Notes under the pieces: model-generated
The model's database searches: none
Told to the model about the DNA's origin: nothing
Seen by the model: only the letters and a program-made list of their open reading frames with translations
Program-made: the position numbers and the translations under genes
Origin: Antedon mediterranea
Taxonomy: Eukaryota; Animalia; Echinodermata
Direction of reading: 5' to 3'
NCBI RefSeq assembly: GCF_964355755.1
Contig: NC_092671.1
Span: 10,168,001-10,232,000 of the forward strand
Length of the DNA stretch: 64,000 nucleotides
Part shown: one piece after another, positions 38,301 through 52,005 of the stretch
How positions within the stretch are numbered: the stretch's first letter is position 1
Layout: the number at the start of each line of letters is the position of its first letter

Positions 38301-41300
38301 GCCTAAACGTTTCATAGAGATCCATATAACAGTCAGGGGAAAATGGTCCAACTTTCTATGAGTTTTATCAAATAATCTATATTGTTTCGACAACTCTTGT
38401 AACATGACCACAGTGCTGATTTTGCTATCCCCCTTCACTCCCTAACGGTTAAGGTCTTAATTAAAATATAAACCATCGTAGTGGTGCGCATGCGTTTCTA
38501 CATTCTGATTCATGTTTAAACAGGCCATCAAAATCAGGTATCTCGACAATTATAGTATCCTTGCAGGCCTAATTATACCTCAAATACATTAAATCATAAT
38601 TCGCAATATGATTCAATACCATGTGTTGATCCCAGACTTCCAAACATGAAGGTCTTGGAGCATCCTGCCTCTGTATCTTTCTACAAGGTTGCTAGACTAG
38701 AATTTTTTTTAAAGAATTCCTTGATTTTCATTTATTTTATGGCAGGAAGAGTAGTAACCTTACGTGTCCCTGCTATCATTCACAATGATACTACAATATT
38801 GAATGACTATAAAGTGCGCCTCATGGTTTAATTTAGATTTGATAGGTACTGTATATATGATAATCCTTTGTTTGACGGCATATACATTCATTTTCCTTGT
38901 AATGGTTTCTGTTTGTTTTATATTTTATACTGAACACAACGACTTTACACTAAATGAACATGTTGTTAGACGGAAGCTGCAGGACATCCCGTGTTTTCAT
39001 AGTATTTTGGTATTTTTTCTTTTGGTAGATCGTGAGTCATCGAAACGCGGTTAAACGCCTGATTTAACAGTTGGTCCTGTTAGTCTAGCCCATTGTCATT
39101 CTCCTTTGGTATTAATGGAATCATTCATTACATTATATAACATACAAACGTTGTTATAATTCGTATTCGAATTACAATAATTGCATGTATAATTCGCTAA
39201 TTTTTTTGACATGTTAATATTCTTTAATATATATGTAGTAAAATATATTTAGCCTATATATAACAACTAAATACAGTAGATTCCTAACAAGTGAAATAGA
39301 AAGGCCTGTGTCGAAGCCTTGTCAGCCGGGTTATTTGTGAAAAGTATACAGACAGTGATACTCGCTATATACCCTACATTATGGTTAAAAAATAAAAAAC
39401 TAATTTCAATGAACCTGATGTTATACAGGTTTGTTAGATCATACATAAGGTTTAAATACATGGTTACTGGTCTTACTGGTTAGACATTCTTTACGAGGCC
39501 TATGCGTTATCCAGCGTCGAAGTTCGAAAACACCACCCACCTAGCCCCCTCCCTTTTTCGTGCTAGTAGGATTTTAGTTTACGACTATCTTTTGTAGAAA
39601 ATGTGTCCTCGGTACTATGAATCGTTTATATTTCAATTGAATTTTTCTCTGTGGATATTCGAAGTCGATTGATGAAATTTGAACGGCTGCCGTCAAAAAA
39701 AGGATTTGTTAACAATTTGACAAGATCAGTAAATCCGTATCGTTCGTTAATCTTGGATTATGAAAACAAAACCAGACTACATAACTGGTGGCAAACTGCA
39801 ACCTTGGTTTTGTGACAGATTTCTAGGATTGTATTGTACTGTACAAGATATAACAGAAGTCGACGAGGCGACTGGCACGCGAATAATGTCATTGGTCTTC
39901 TTCATGCCTTTGGTCCAATTTCTTCTTTTGTAATCGCTAAGGATTTAACGAGAAAAGATGTCATTCAGATGTTTTAAGAGGAGATAAAATTAGTCCGTTA
40001 AATTTTCTACCATTAAATTGAGAACAAACGTAAGAGCTATAGATATAGAACACAAGGCTGAGCCTTTTATTCTTCTGCAATATTCTTTAAGATAGATTAT
40101 CAATTGTAGAGAATTGTTCACGTGGCGGACGTTGCACCGCACTGTAGTGCTGTTGTGATGTCATTCTCATGTCAAGTTGATAGGGTCTTGGGTTGATGGG
40201 GTGTGACGTGTTGTTGGTGCATTATTAGGGTCTTCACTCCGGATCGACACGTTACGATACCGTACCGTATTCCTGAGTGCCAACCCGCCTAAATCTAACA
40301 ACCGTTAAGCAACCCCTTCGTTACAAATTCTGGACGACGCCACTGTGATGTTCACATTATATTTACAACCGTACTTTTTAGCAACCAGACTTCAGCTTCA
40401 TTGTTGATGAATTTGCGTGTATATATAAGGTATATACAGTAAGCGCGTTTACGAAAAATCTACTTAGTAAAATATCAAAATCTACTGTTCAGAAACCATA
40501 CGCCTGGTTATTCAGAAACGTAAAAAAAACGCTAAAAATAATTTTACAATTACGATTTTGTCCTGCTCGAATGATGACATACGGCACACGTATACGGGAG
40601 ATTCCTGGTCAGTGATGATTACCAGGCGTGTCACTGGTTGACAGCTCGTAAAAGACAACCCACATCATCAAAAGCAGTTGTTATCAATAACCTATATATT
40701 GTGGCTTGTTAATATAGATCATGATAAAAATCGTTACACAGTGTGGTTGATAAATGTGGGAAAATGTAATAAATCATATTAATCGTATTTAACAACATAT
40801 GTTACCGGTAAAATCACAGTGTCTGATTAGACCAAGTTCGCAAACTATTTCCTTATCAGAGGATGCACTATCATGTGAGCATCTATCTATACTTTAATAC
40901 ACATACGCAGTACAATAATGATTGTATGGTGACTGTGACGTAACGAATGGCAAGAAGCATATTTTACTTATGTAAGATTCAAACCCAGGGCCACTTAACT
41001 GGACTGAGCGTATGCTGCTTTCAATATCCTGAACTACGATTCCAAAATCAAATGAATTATTTCAAACATTCCGCTTAAATACCGGTATCGTAACTGGCCT
41101 ATATTATGCCAATGGTATAAAATGTTCAAACGCGCGCAAACTGCATCCAGTGGTAGTAGGATCCAAATCAAACATTAAAAAAGATCGAAAGAAAGGGACC
41201 ATAATATTATAATCAGAACCATTGTGATCAGGGTATTGTGTCATTGTATTTGGCCCCGGGCCGCTAAGTAAGTACTTGGTAATCACGTGACTAAACTGAA

Positions 41301-42697
41301 AACTTATTGAAATTGCTTCAACGATATAGGTATTTTTCCGTTTTGGTATATTTTAATGGCGTTCATTCAACCAAAACTGATCACACTTTGTGACTACATA
41401 ATTGTTGCCCTACCACTGCTTTAACATTTCATGGTGTGTATTGAAAATTTGGAATTATTAAGTTATCTAGTCCCTTAATATCCTGGTTTTGAACAGAAGA
41501 GAACAGAGACGGCTTAACAGAGATCAACTCTTTGTTGTATTCCTTTTAAGAGTTCTCTTTCATAAATTGTTACACGAAGGACAGCACTAGTTCCAGGGAT
41601 GTCATAATATAGTATGCTTTTAAATTAAAATATTTCTTTTTATTAATATATCGCCTTGCCGACCCAGTTTATAACCCATTTTAGGATGGAAACATATTGC
41701 ATTCTTCCCACGTGTTACTGTTACCATACAATATAGTATGTAGACTGCCGTACCTGTATGGCGAGCTGTGTAGTACTTTCACGATAGATGGTCAAACAAA
41801 GTGAACATTTAATGGAGGTGTCCTAAAGACCAGTTGTATTCCTTCTTATTACTTTTAATACGTTTGTTATAAAAATGTTCATTGCAATCTTGATGGACAT
41901 ATTGCGATCGAATTCAACCCATTATTTGAATATATATCATTGGTATATTGATACGCTTTGTTTAACCAATAGTTTGCGGTTGATAACAAGGTCAGGACCG
42001 AACACACTTTGACAATTTGCCAAATTATATTTTAAGAGTGAAGTGGTTTCGTTTGACTTATCAATATCTTCAACTCATAAATCATTAAAACAAAATTCGA
42101 TGACGTTGTTGAAAATGAGTTGTACAAACATACGGGTTCTCTGACATCATTCTTGAAGCTGGCTGACGATTGCTATGCTATATTACTGCTATATGTGAAT
42201 ATCATATCTTTTCATCCATCTATAATATTGAATTTACCCCAAGCGTCCTGTACCTATCTTGTCAGACTACACCCTCCAGAGATTAACCCGTTTGTTTATA
42301 TTTTTATCTTCCAGACGATCTACAACTTGGCTGTACCGAACTCAGATCAAAACGGTATATTTCGGATGGATTTTGCACAAGTATAAAACCTATCACAGAA
42401 GTTGTCTGTGCTGGCGAATGCTTACCCGTACGAAACCTTCCATGGTACGCCGAATACGTCAAAGTATGGAGTACCGAAAAGACAAAAGAATGGCGATGCG
42501 TAAATGATGTTATTCGCCATAAACGGGTTCATCTCCGTTGTGAAAATGGTGAAAGGCGAACATATAGAATTCGAACTGTTCGAAGTTGCAAATGTAAAAA
42601 ATACAATAAAAAACACAACCAGTCTCGCTTGGACAATAACCATCATCAAGATACAAGTCGAACGGAACGTAAACGAAGTCGAGAAAAGGAAAACTGA
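35307..42697 (+). CDS. SOSTDC1: Sclerostin/SOSTDC1 (Wise) family cystine-knot secreted BMP/Wnt modulator
   Basis: Exon 1 35307-35616 (hydrophobic signal segment WIALFSGLLFVLYCDC; alternative ATG 35334; CCAG|GTAAGC). Exon 2 42315-42697: DDLQLGCTELRSKRYISDGFCTSIKPITEVVCAGECLP...EWRCVND...HLRCENG..RTYRI..VRSCKCKKYNKKHNQS...*, closely matching human SOSTDC1 (GCRELRSTKYISDGQCTSISPLKELVCAGECLP). About 230 aa, two exons as in vertebrates. Probably co-orthologous to SOST and SOSTDC1. Exon 2 is missing from the ORF track in this frame. Confidence 0.93.
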
Positions 42698-43714
42698 TAA
42701 GGGGGAAAATTAGTTTGCCCTTTGTGCCTTTACGTGGTGCTAAAATGGTGAAGAACGTATCGCAGACGGTTAAGTACATTTTACGTCTGGTTTACGATCA
42801 CATGACGTGGTGACGAGACTTTAACCCAAAGTGTACAAGTCTACACTGTTAAAGATGTGTATGTCACCAATGACAGAAGTGGAGGTGCCTAACCAGCAAC
42901 CTGGATTAATGTACAGTACGAATCAGACGTCATACGTGTACAAGAAACTGTAACGTCATAATGTTAATTCTATAACAAACTCGTACGGTAACATTAACCA
43001 ATGCAATAGAATTAACACAGGAGTACGGTACGAAAACTCAATAGTACGAACTAACTGCCATTATAAGGCATATTATTATATAACCTGTTATGCCATCGCA
43101 CATTTGTATAATATTGAATTTAGTGTAAAGTTCATTTGTGAAACGTTGTAAATAATTTTTATGTATAAATAATGATATTGTATTTGCTATGGTTGCATTG
43201 GAAGCACAGATGGCAAGTTGATTGTATTCATTTATGATATATTGTATATTGTTTCTTTTTGAATAGTTTATATAAAAGCAGTATTAATTTTCTTACATTT
43301 AAAAAATAATAATTCTAATGTTATGCTGATGATGTGATCAGTGATTTAGCATTTTACTAATAAGTGCATGTTGTTCACGAATGTTAACAAGGAAATTATA
43401 TCCTTTGTCACCGAACACTTTTGAATATAATTTAATAATATAATTTGAATGAAAGATACAAATTATTTAACGGATTCTTGCATAATTTTGCTACAGCATT
43501 TAATTGTAAAAAACTTATATTAAGCACTATAAATGTATCTGGGCCCTCATCAAATCGTAGAAAACTATGATTATAATACAAAATTAAAAGTGTTGATATT
43601 TATAGTGTTACTTTTATAGGACTAATTTATTGTATTATAAGATATAACAAAAGAATAATTTATCGCGAAACAAAAATTACATTATACTACCGGGTATTCA
43701 AGTTTTTACATATC

Positions 43715-43995
43715 TTACGCGCGCGTAAAAATATTTTTGTACGCGCGCGTACAGGCATGGTGTCAGTGTTTCTACGTGCGTTTAGATGCATGATACATTA
43801 ACATCAACTGTACGCGTCAAGGTAGATGCATAATATAGTAACATCATCTGTACGCGCGAGTCAAGTTTGGATTCATAATATATTAACAGCATCTGTACGC
43901 GCGCGTCAAGTTTAGATGCATGACATCAGTGTTCATACGCACTAATCAATTAGATTCTCGATATATTACGATTTGTAAACGCGCATCAAGTAGCG
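43715..43995. repeat. Degenerate ~45-bp CpG-rich tandem repeat
   Basis: Recurring TGTACGCGCG..TCAAGTTTAGATGCAT..TATTAACATCA units. Confidence 0.7.
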
Positions 43996-45106
43996 TCACT
44001 AATGAAATGTTTTTGATTTTAGATCACCATGATTTCTTGGTCCCTTTACGTGGTATTTTATCAAGTTCAATTTTATATTTGACCAATGTTTAAAAAATTA
44101 ATATTATTTGCCTATAATAGGAAATACAATTTAGTTATTGTTTAATTCAAATCTATTCTTATCGAGAGCAGAAATACATTTTCATGTTGGTATGCATATT
44201 AAAATGATATAACTGTTGGTTTTAGAATTTAAAAATATAATGTATAGAATTGAATATCTTTCAAGTTTCTTAATGTTTATTAATAACAATACTGTTTTCT
44301 TTGTTAATTTAATAATAATTGTTGTTTTACTGGCTGGGATTATCATTTCGAAATGTTCGTTTATCATTCTATTTTAATATTTACGATAGTCATTCCATTG
44401 AAATAGGCAACCTTGTTAAAATCTATATCTAGAGTATATTGATGTAAAATTCTGTTTTAATGTTCAACATTCATATTATAAAGAAAATACAATATTTATG
44501 GTGTTATTGCTTTATTTAGAATTAACAGGTTTTAAATCTGCTGAAAATACAGCAAATTAAAGCGAAGAAGAGTAAAAAGTTATAAACATATTTAAGTGTA
44601 ACTGTATTTCGGAATAAAGCAACCCGAAAGTAACACTAAGAACGTTCAAAAGTTGTACTGTTGTATATCGACTATCGATTATAGTAGCCGGTCTCTTGTC
44701 TGCCATGTTTGGTTTGAAACTTGATCAAGATTGACAGTAATCGCCAATGTTTAGATAATAATACTACTACGCCAATCATTGCGATTTTATAATAAAAAGC
44801 AAAATAATGAATATTGATAGACAAGGTTTGCGTACACAAACTAATGAATACATCACATCATCATAATTATCATTAATGCTTTCAATGCGTTTCCTTGAAT
44901 CAGAAAGAAATCAGCCAAATGACACAGGTCGATTATATTAAATGTGCTTAGAAAAAAAAACAACTTAACTTTATTTCTTTTTTAATATTTTGCTTAATTT
45001 GTTTTCAAAATAACAAGCCATATTTAAATCTTAGATGACGTATACAATATAATATACTGCTGAAAAATAAAGCCTTTTTTTTTTTTACAAGCACTATTTC
45101 GACTTA

Positions 45107-45227
45107 AGCTCTGTCTACACTAACAATCTTTATGTGCCCATATAATGGATACGGTGACGTCATATCACTACCGTACTTGGGCACATCATACTTGTTGTCA
45201 AACTAGTTTAATAGTGTGGATAGAGCT
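45107..45227. mobile_element. MITE family A
   Basis: TTA|AGCTCTGTCTACACT ... AGTGTGGATAGAGCT|TTA. Confidence 0.85.
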
Positions 45228-45982
45228 TTAAGCAAAAGATTAAATGCTTGTTCAGTAGGCCTATACTAATTAATATTAATTAATATATACGTTAATTAAG
45301 CAGAATCATTGACTTAAAACAAAGTTAAGATGGTTGTTTTGCGAAGCAAGTTTGATAAACTGGAACAGAAAATGGGAAAAAATGGTGAATAACCAATCAA
45401 CCAAAATTCGCCATACCCAGTCACACATAAATGACAATTTAATATTCTAAAGGTTGGACCAGGTCGTCAAAACGCCGAAGTATTTCAACTTATAAAAGCT
45501 AAATATCTCTCTTTATCAACTTCTTTCATCCTTCATAGGAAATAAATTGTTTGAGGGTTTTTCTAATACAATGGAACAACCTCTTCTATATGAATAACCT
45601 TACAATAGAAAGAATAGTTGTTTGAATAGAACGACAAGAGAAATTGTATACCAGATATATTTCGCATATAGTTAAAAAGAAATTTACATTCTAAGTCTGT
45701 TGATGTTATCAATCGCGACATTAAGACTCCTATTGAGTAGGAGCCGAATAATTATAATAGTAGTTGTAACCTATTGAAATTAATACTTCAACAAAATATA
45801 ACCAGTTACGTTCATTTGGAATATTGTAGCAATGGTTTTGTAGTGTACACCCATATTCCAGAACATTAAAACAACGAATATCTTCCGATAGACTACAAAG
45901 ACGAATTTCACTCTTCCCTGAGCATAAACTTCAGCCTGTTAACGCCCAAACCTTATATACCTAATTTATTTATTAAATTCAA

Positions 45983-46720
45983 GGGTATTGCTAAACACCG
46001 CAAACCCCGCAAACCCCCGCAAACCTCCAAAAAAACATAGCAAACCCCATCGAACCAACATAAAAGTGATTGAATCATGTAGTGTACAACCCACTGGGTA
46101 TATCCATGTAAAAAAAAATTAAATTTCTACTGTTAACAACTTATTTTTGGGGTAAAACATCATTTTTTGGTCAAAAATGATTGCTAAACCCCGCAAACCT
46201 CCAAAAAAATATAGCAAACCCCACCGAACCAACATAAAAGTGATTGAATCATGTAGTGTACAACCCACTGGGTATATCCATGTAAAAAAAATATTAAATT
46301 TCTACTGTTAACTATTTATTTTTGGGGTAAAACATCATTTTTTGGTCAAAAATGATTGCTAATTTTTAACCAAAAAATGATGTTTTATCCGCAAAAAAGT
46401 AGTTAACAGTAGAAATTTAATATTTATATACCCAGTGGGTCGTACACTACATTATTCAATCACTTTAATGTGGGTTCGGTGGGGTTTGCTATGGTTTTTT
46501 GGAGGTTTGCGGGGTTTAACAATCATTTTTGACCAAAAAATGATGTTTTACCCCAAAAATAAGTTGTTAACAGTAGAAATTTAATTTTTTTTTACATTGA
46601 TATACTCAGTGGGTTGTACACTACATGATTCAATCACTTTTATGTTGGTTCGATGGGGTTTGCTATGTTTTTTTGGAGGTTTGCGGGGGTTTGCGGGGTT
46701 TGCGGTGTTTAGCAATACCC
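45983..46720. mobile_element. 738-bp foldback (almost fully palindromic) DNA element with 8-bp target duplication
   Basis: AAATTCAA|GGGTATTGCTAAACACCGCAAACCCCGC ... GCGGGGTTTGCGGTGTTTAGCAATACCC|AAATTCAA. Each arm is two tandem ~180-bp units; centre near 46355. Confidence 0.92.
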
Positions 46721-49700
46721 AAATTCAACTATAATTATCCATTTAAAAAATCTAAAACTGTTTTTATCAATACAAACAATAAACATACATTTTCCCTATA
46801 GGAAATTATAAACATGGAAATACTGGAACAAGTCATCCACTAGTGGCTGGTACAATAATTTTAAATCATGATATTGTCTTTTCTTGCACAGTACCGTAAG
46901 CAATATTATATATAGGCCTACGCTACCGGTAGAATATATTTAGTCTTCGTAAATATGTAATAAAATCTGTAAACATTCCAGTACCAACTTCCAAATTGTG
47001 CTACCGTGGATTGTCGAAGCGTAACGAGCCGAAAAACTAAACACTATATAAAGCCTATATACAACATACACAGAACAGTTTGAAAAATAGTATTTCTGAA
47101 AGTTTTTGTTTTCAAGGATTTTACATTTAAATATAGTCATTAGAGGAGAATGTTCTTCATTTTAATCGTCTGTACTGTATTGTGTTTACCATTGGAAGAT
47201 TCCCTCTCACATAACTTAAATAAAACAATCACACGCAACGTATGCAGTCAAACGCACTTGTTAAACATATTGGTGTTAGTTATACAACCAAACACATAAT
47301 ATGTAGCAGTCAAAAACAAATATATACGTATATTGTTCAACAATTATTCAAGAGGGAACATTTATTATTTTTCGGAGTCGAATAGAAAAAGTAGAAAGGT
47401 CTAAAATGTAGAGACACACACAGTGAATAGTCGTAGCCGAATTTTGACCCACGACTATAAGGATAAAAGATTTAGTTAAAATAACCAGGTACTGAATTCG
47501 AATAAAAGGTACGTCTGAAACCAAGAGGCAGTTCCATGGTTTTCGTAATTCTCTAATCATTCATGTAATCGTATGCATATTTTAGTAATACGCCACAACA
47601 ATTGGCCTTTTGTTGAGATGTCAAATTAAGTGAGATTTAACTCTACAATGCCCCAGGAGAAACTCACAAAGAGTGGCATCAGTACAAAAGTCTCTAATCA
47701 GTGCAATTCTATGCACAGATTTTCATTCAGAATGAAAAGTAAAGAGAAGAAAAAAATGGTTCAATGGTTGTAATGGGTTTAGTTTTGTAGGCGGTGCACC
47801 GCAGTGGCGGTTAAATGTTGCGTATAACGTGCACTTTCAGACATACAATATTCAGTTACGATGCACATCTTTAACCCTAACATCCTGGTTCTATTATATA
47901 CATCACCTATTTCCTACAACGTGAAATGCTAACTATAATCTCCAAATGTTCAATACAATATAGAGCATTTCAACAACAAAATTTAAAACTAAAATGTAGA
48001 CGGTACTAGCTGTATAATTACTGTGAATTTATTACGTGTAATATTACATTTTGTAATTTTGATGTTTCAATCAACTTCAATTAAAATTGTTACTAAGGTT
48101 TTGGTCAAAATTCAGAGGACAATTTTTATTAAAATTATAATTTTGTTCTGTTCTTGTCACGATTTTACGATTAAAGTATAGAAACTTCTCTTAAACGACC
48201 AGAAACGGTCAGGGTCTGTAAAAAACAGCAATATAAAAAACATCCAATTCTCAGTCCTGTATCTCCACATAATTATGACAATATCTGTCTGTAACATGCA
48301 TATTCCAGAATACAATGTTACGTTGTACTGTACAGTACGATATGGTTTATAATGGCCTGATACACGCGTCATATGTGATACATAATGTAACAATGTATCA
48401 CGGAATTTGCATATGATACTGTAGATAGTATCTGGAATCGGCTAATATAAGACCGGTTCAAATAGAGGTCTATCGTTTGAAAGGCGCATGTCTTTGAAGT
48501 GTCGCTTTTACCTTTGAAATCAAAATTATCAAAATATTTTACAGATTAATTGAACCAAAAAGAAGCCACGTGACTTTGTAAGTATTTATTATAGTTATCC
48601 CATAGATCAACTCTATTTGGTTTTTAAGTCGGATTTGTAGGTGCATTTTTGTTAAGCTTACTTAAGCCGACTTATCAGCCATGGCTAAACCCTATCAAAT
48701 GACCCATTTTTTAAATTTTTTTAAATTAATATATATATTCTTGTCAAATTCTGACATCGATGTAGGGTTACAGATTATAACGTGAATTCTTAAAATGCAG
48801 TAATATTTAACTTTTTCCTTTTGGGCAATTCGTTCATTTCTCGTATAGAGGCCTACAATCAGAGTTTTATAAAACAAAAATTCGATACTATTCAAAATTT
48901 GAATTAAAATAAATATTCAATTACTCCATTTTCTTTTAATCAAAATTATATTTGAACTGACGTATTTTGTCAATGAAAGACATTTTTATATCGACTCCTA
49001 TGAAAAAAAAACCACTTTCGAAGGAACATGCAGAAAAAGAAGCGTTTGTTTTCGTTCTTTCTTTCTTTTTGTTTAGAGTTTCAATGTTATAACATGCCAT
49101 AACGTCCATATATAAGAAGTTGCATCAAATGGTTTTGTTTCATTACATATTTTCTTTTGATTTTTCCGAATTTGTTTGCTTTTGATACAAGTGTAATATT
49201 TATTGTATTATATAAATGGCCTTACTACGCATTGGAAGGCCTCCATGGGTATGGATCCCTTTATTGGATTCGCGAAAATAACATGTACTTTAGGACTAGA
49301 ATTGGGTACTGTAGGCTGTATTTGTTTCCAATTGATCGAGTAAAGGACCAATATTTATGGGGACTCACCTGTCGTTTAAACCATTGTATTAAATGTTGTC
49401 TATGTACTTTTGATCTCAAGGGTCACAGGAAGACAGTTCATGAAATAATGGGTTATTCACAGCTATACAATTGCCCTACACAATGAATGATCTATCCAAC
49501 ATACAATACTAATATTATATGATCAGTTCGGTGGCCTAATATGTATTTGGGAGGGTGGTGGGTTGTGGGTGGTGCGTGCGTGTGTGGCTGTCATCATCTT
49601 TCATTTGGTTTAGTCAATCTTTGTATTGAAATAACCTCGACCTTTACGTTCTATTGTGTAATAGATGCGAAGAAAGTATTAATTTATTAGTGTCAAAAAA

Positions 49701-49905
49701 ACTCCCGGCAAATCACCTATCAAAGAACTCCAGCTCAATGACAAGATGACAAAAGGCGTCGTGCTCAGTTGAGTTGTATAAATGTGATATCTCAACACCA
49801 TTGCCACGCGCTGCTGCATCACGACCGAAAAATAGGAGCTTAGTTGTGGCACGCGTTATATTAAAATAATGGTAGAGGATATGGTATGTGGCGCGCATTA
49901 TCAAA

Positions 49906-49913
49906 TATAAATA
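49906..49913 (+). promoter_or_regulatory. Candidate TATA box of an unidentified transcript
   Basis: TATAAATA immediately after a CpG-richer segment (49700-49900) and followed by leader-like sequence. Confidence 0.3.
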
Positions 49914-51749
49914 CTCGTACGCTCAGTACTACAGCAAAGATATACCACAAGTTCGTTCGTTCGAAAGACAAGTAGTAGCAGCACATTTTGTACTAAAGCA
50001 GAACTAAAACTGAAACAAATTTTCCAGAATTTAACCAACGATTGAAAACGGTAACGGAACTTTGCCTGAACCAAAATAGATAGAAGGAATGATTTCCTCT
50101 CATATTAATATAATTTGCCATTAAACTTATCAAAGACGACGAAAACCAAATATCACTTACGTCTAAACAAAATGAACTACTGCTCAGCCTAACCTCAGCC
50201 TTAAAAATATATAATGTACAATTATCAACGACATTTAAGATTTGACGGAGGGCAAGGAGTGGTGTTCCTTTAAATTTCATATGTAATCAATGATTTTGAT
50301 TGCTTTGATGCGTAAGGTTATACAATATAACCTATAATAACTAAGGCTAAATACATCTCTAGCACCTAGTGAAGGTGAAATATTTTGTTTTGAGGAGCAC
50401 GTGCCCAGAAGGACGGTAACGAACCAGAAAATAACAAGGCCCACACGATTAACGCGCAACAATCGAGGCCACTAGGGGTGTGTGCTAGAGGTTTAGCTAA
50501 GATGAATTTCATTTCAATGTATTGTTCTACACTAAACCTTTTCGCCAATGGGAATAACAAACCACCATTCTACCTGGCCATGATTTTCCTAATCTATGAT
50601 TATACAATACGTTTTGTATTATGATGCCGTCAAAACAAATTTTCAAGCGATTATGCGTATTCGATTATCAACAGAGTCATAACAGTATTGGCCATAGAGA
50701 AACTGAATAAAATTATGTTTTATTACTGAACCAGATATTTTATAATCAATATAATTCATCTATATATGATCATTTGATACAAAAAAGATTTCGTTTGACA
50801 GAACTGTATTTAATATGTATTATGATTCACGGTGTTGAGTGGAACAATATCAGTTTCATATTATTAAACATCTGATTCCAATATCCCACACTTCGTATTA
50901 ACGAGTACCATAAGACTATGTCTGCGAAACGTTTATTTCAAGTCGAACTTTTAAAATGTATCTAAATTACCTTAAGACAAAGAGAGCATTTTTGTGTGAC
51001 GATATAGAGGGCGTGCTATAAGTAACTTATGCAAATTAGTACTAACTATTCGCTTTTCTGTTTACCGGATGTTAATATTATTTACTACTGGTACCGTACT
51101 CCTGGCAAACTTTAATAACTTATTAATTATCATGCATACAAGACCGGATCGCACAAAGTATGTAATTGATTCCACGAGGTGTTCAGCATGTGGTGGGCGC
51201 TTCATGGTTTTAATCGAATTCCATGTTACCAAATCTTACCAACATCATCCTAACGCTTGATTCACACGGACACGCAGCAAGTAATTTGACCAATCACGAC
51301 GCGATGGACCATCTGAATTTTAATTGATACGTTTCTTAAAGCAAAATCCCAATCGTATCTTTTGAAATAAGTATCGCTTTGCTGATAATTAGCAAATTAT
51401 AATTTCAATATTTTTTTAAGAAATTCATATTTGATCGACAGTGTCGTCATATTATATTATACATTATATTAATAATATTTGATCTAAAGCAACTTATTCT
51501 GTAAAGGGTTAAGGTCATCTACTTAACCTATTACGTCACCGGATTAACTAATGAAGTTTCACTTGCGCGTACATCCTATACGCATGCTCGTAAAGAGTAA
51601 TTTTGAAAAGTGTACGTTTAATATGAATTGAGAGAAGGGTTCATGCCTTGTTCTAATGTCTGGTTATACCCATTGACAACCGCAGTGTTGTTGTAGGTTC
51701 TGCGTTGAATAAATTACGAACCGTAAAAATCTATTTCTATTTTAGGTGG

Positions 51750-52005
51750 CCTAACATTGGTTATCCTTCCACATATATTTGAACATACCCCAATCAAACA
51801 AACAATGAAGGAAACTAACAGGAAAGTAAAACGACCCGTAGGAAGACCAAGAAATAACTGGATGAATCAAATAAAGAAAGACTTACAAGGACTAGTAGAC
51901 ACTAACACAATAACAAACCATCCTGCCATAAACAGAAAAAAATGGAAACAAATTGTGGAAAGCGTAATGTCGGAAGACGGAAAACGTTAACAACAACAAC
52001 AACAT
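51750..52005 (+). mobile_element. 3' remnant of an RTE-clade LINE
   Basis: ORF end KRPVGRPRNNWMNQIKKDL...NRKKWKQIV matches the RTE C-terminal pattern (GRP..W.D.I..DL ... DR..W...V), followed by an (AAC)n tail. Confidence 0.75.

Noticed and set aside
35692-39461. ORFs inside the SOSTDC1 intron (e.g. 37415-37846, 143 aa)
   Set aside because: AT-rich composition, no domain motifs, no consistent splice chain.
41378-41400. Partial miR-153-like sequence on the minus strand
   Set aside because: The seed region mismatches and no supporting hairpin was seen.
42120-42779. Five overlapping ORF-track ORFs
   Set aside because: All are off-frame or antisense shadows of SOSTDC1 exon 2 (42315-42697).
49976-49995. 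miR-15/16-like TAGCAGCACAT
   Set aside because: Seed-length match only; no pre-miRNA hairpin is visible.
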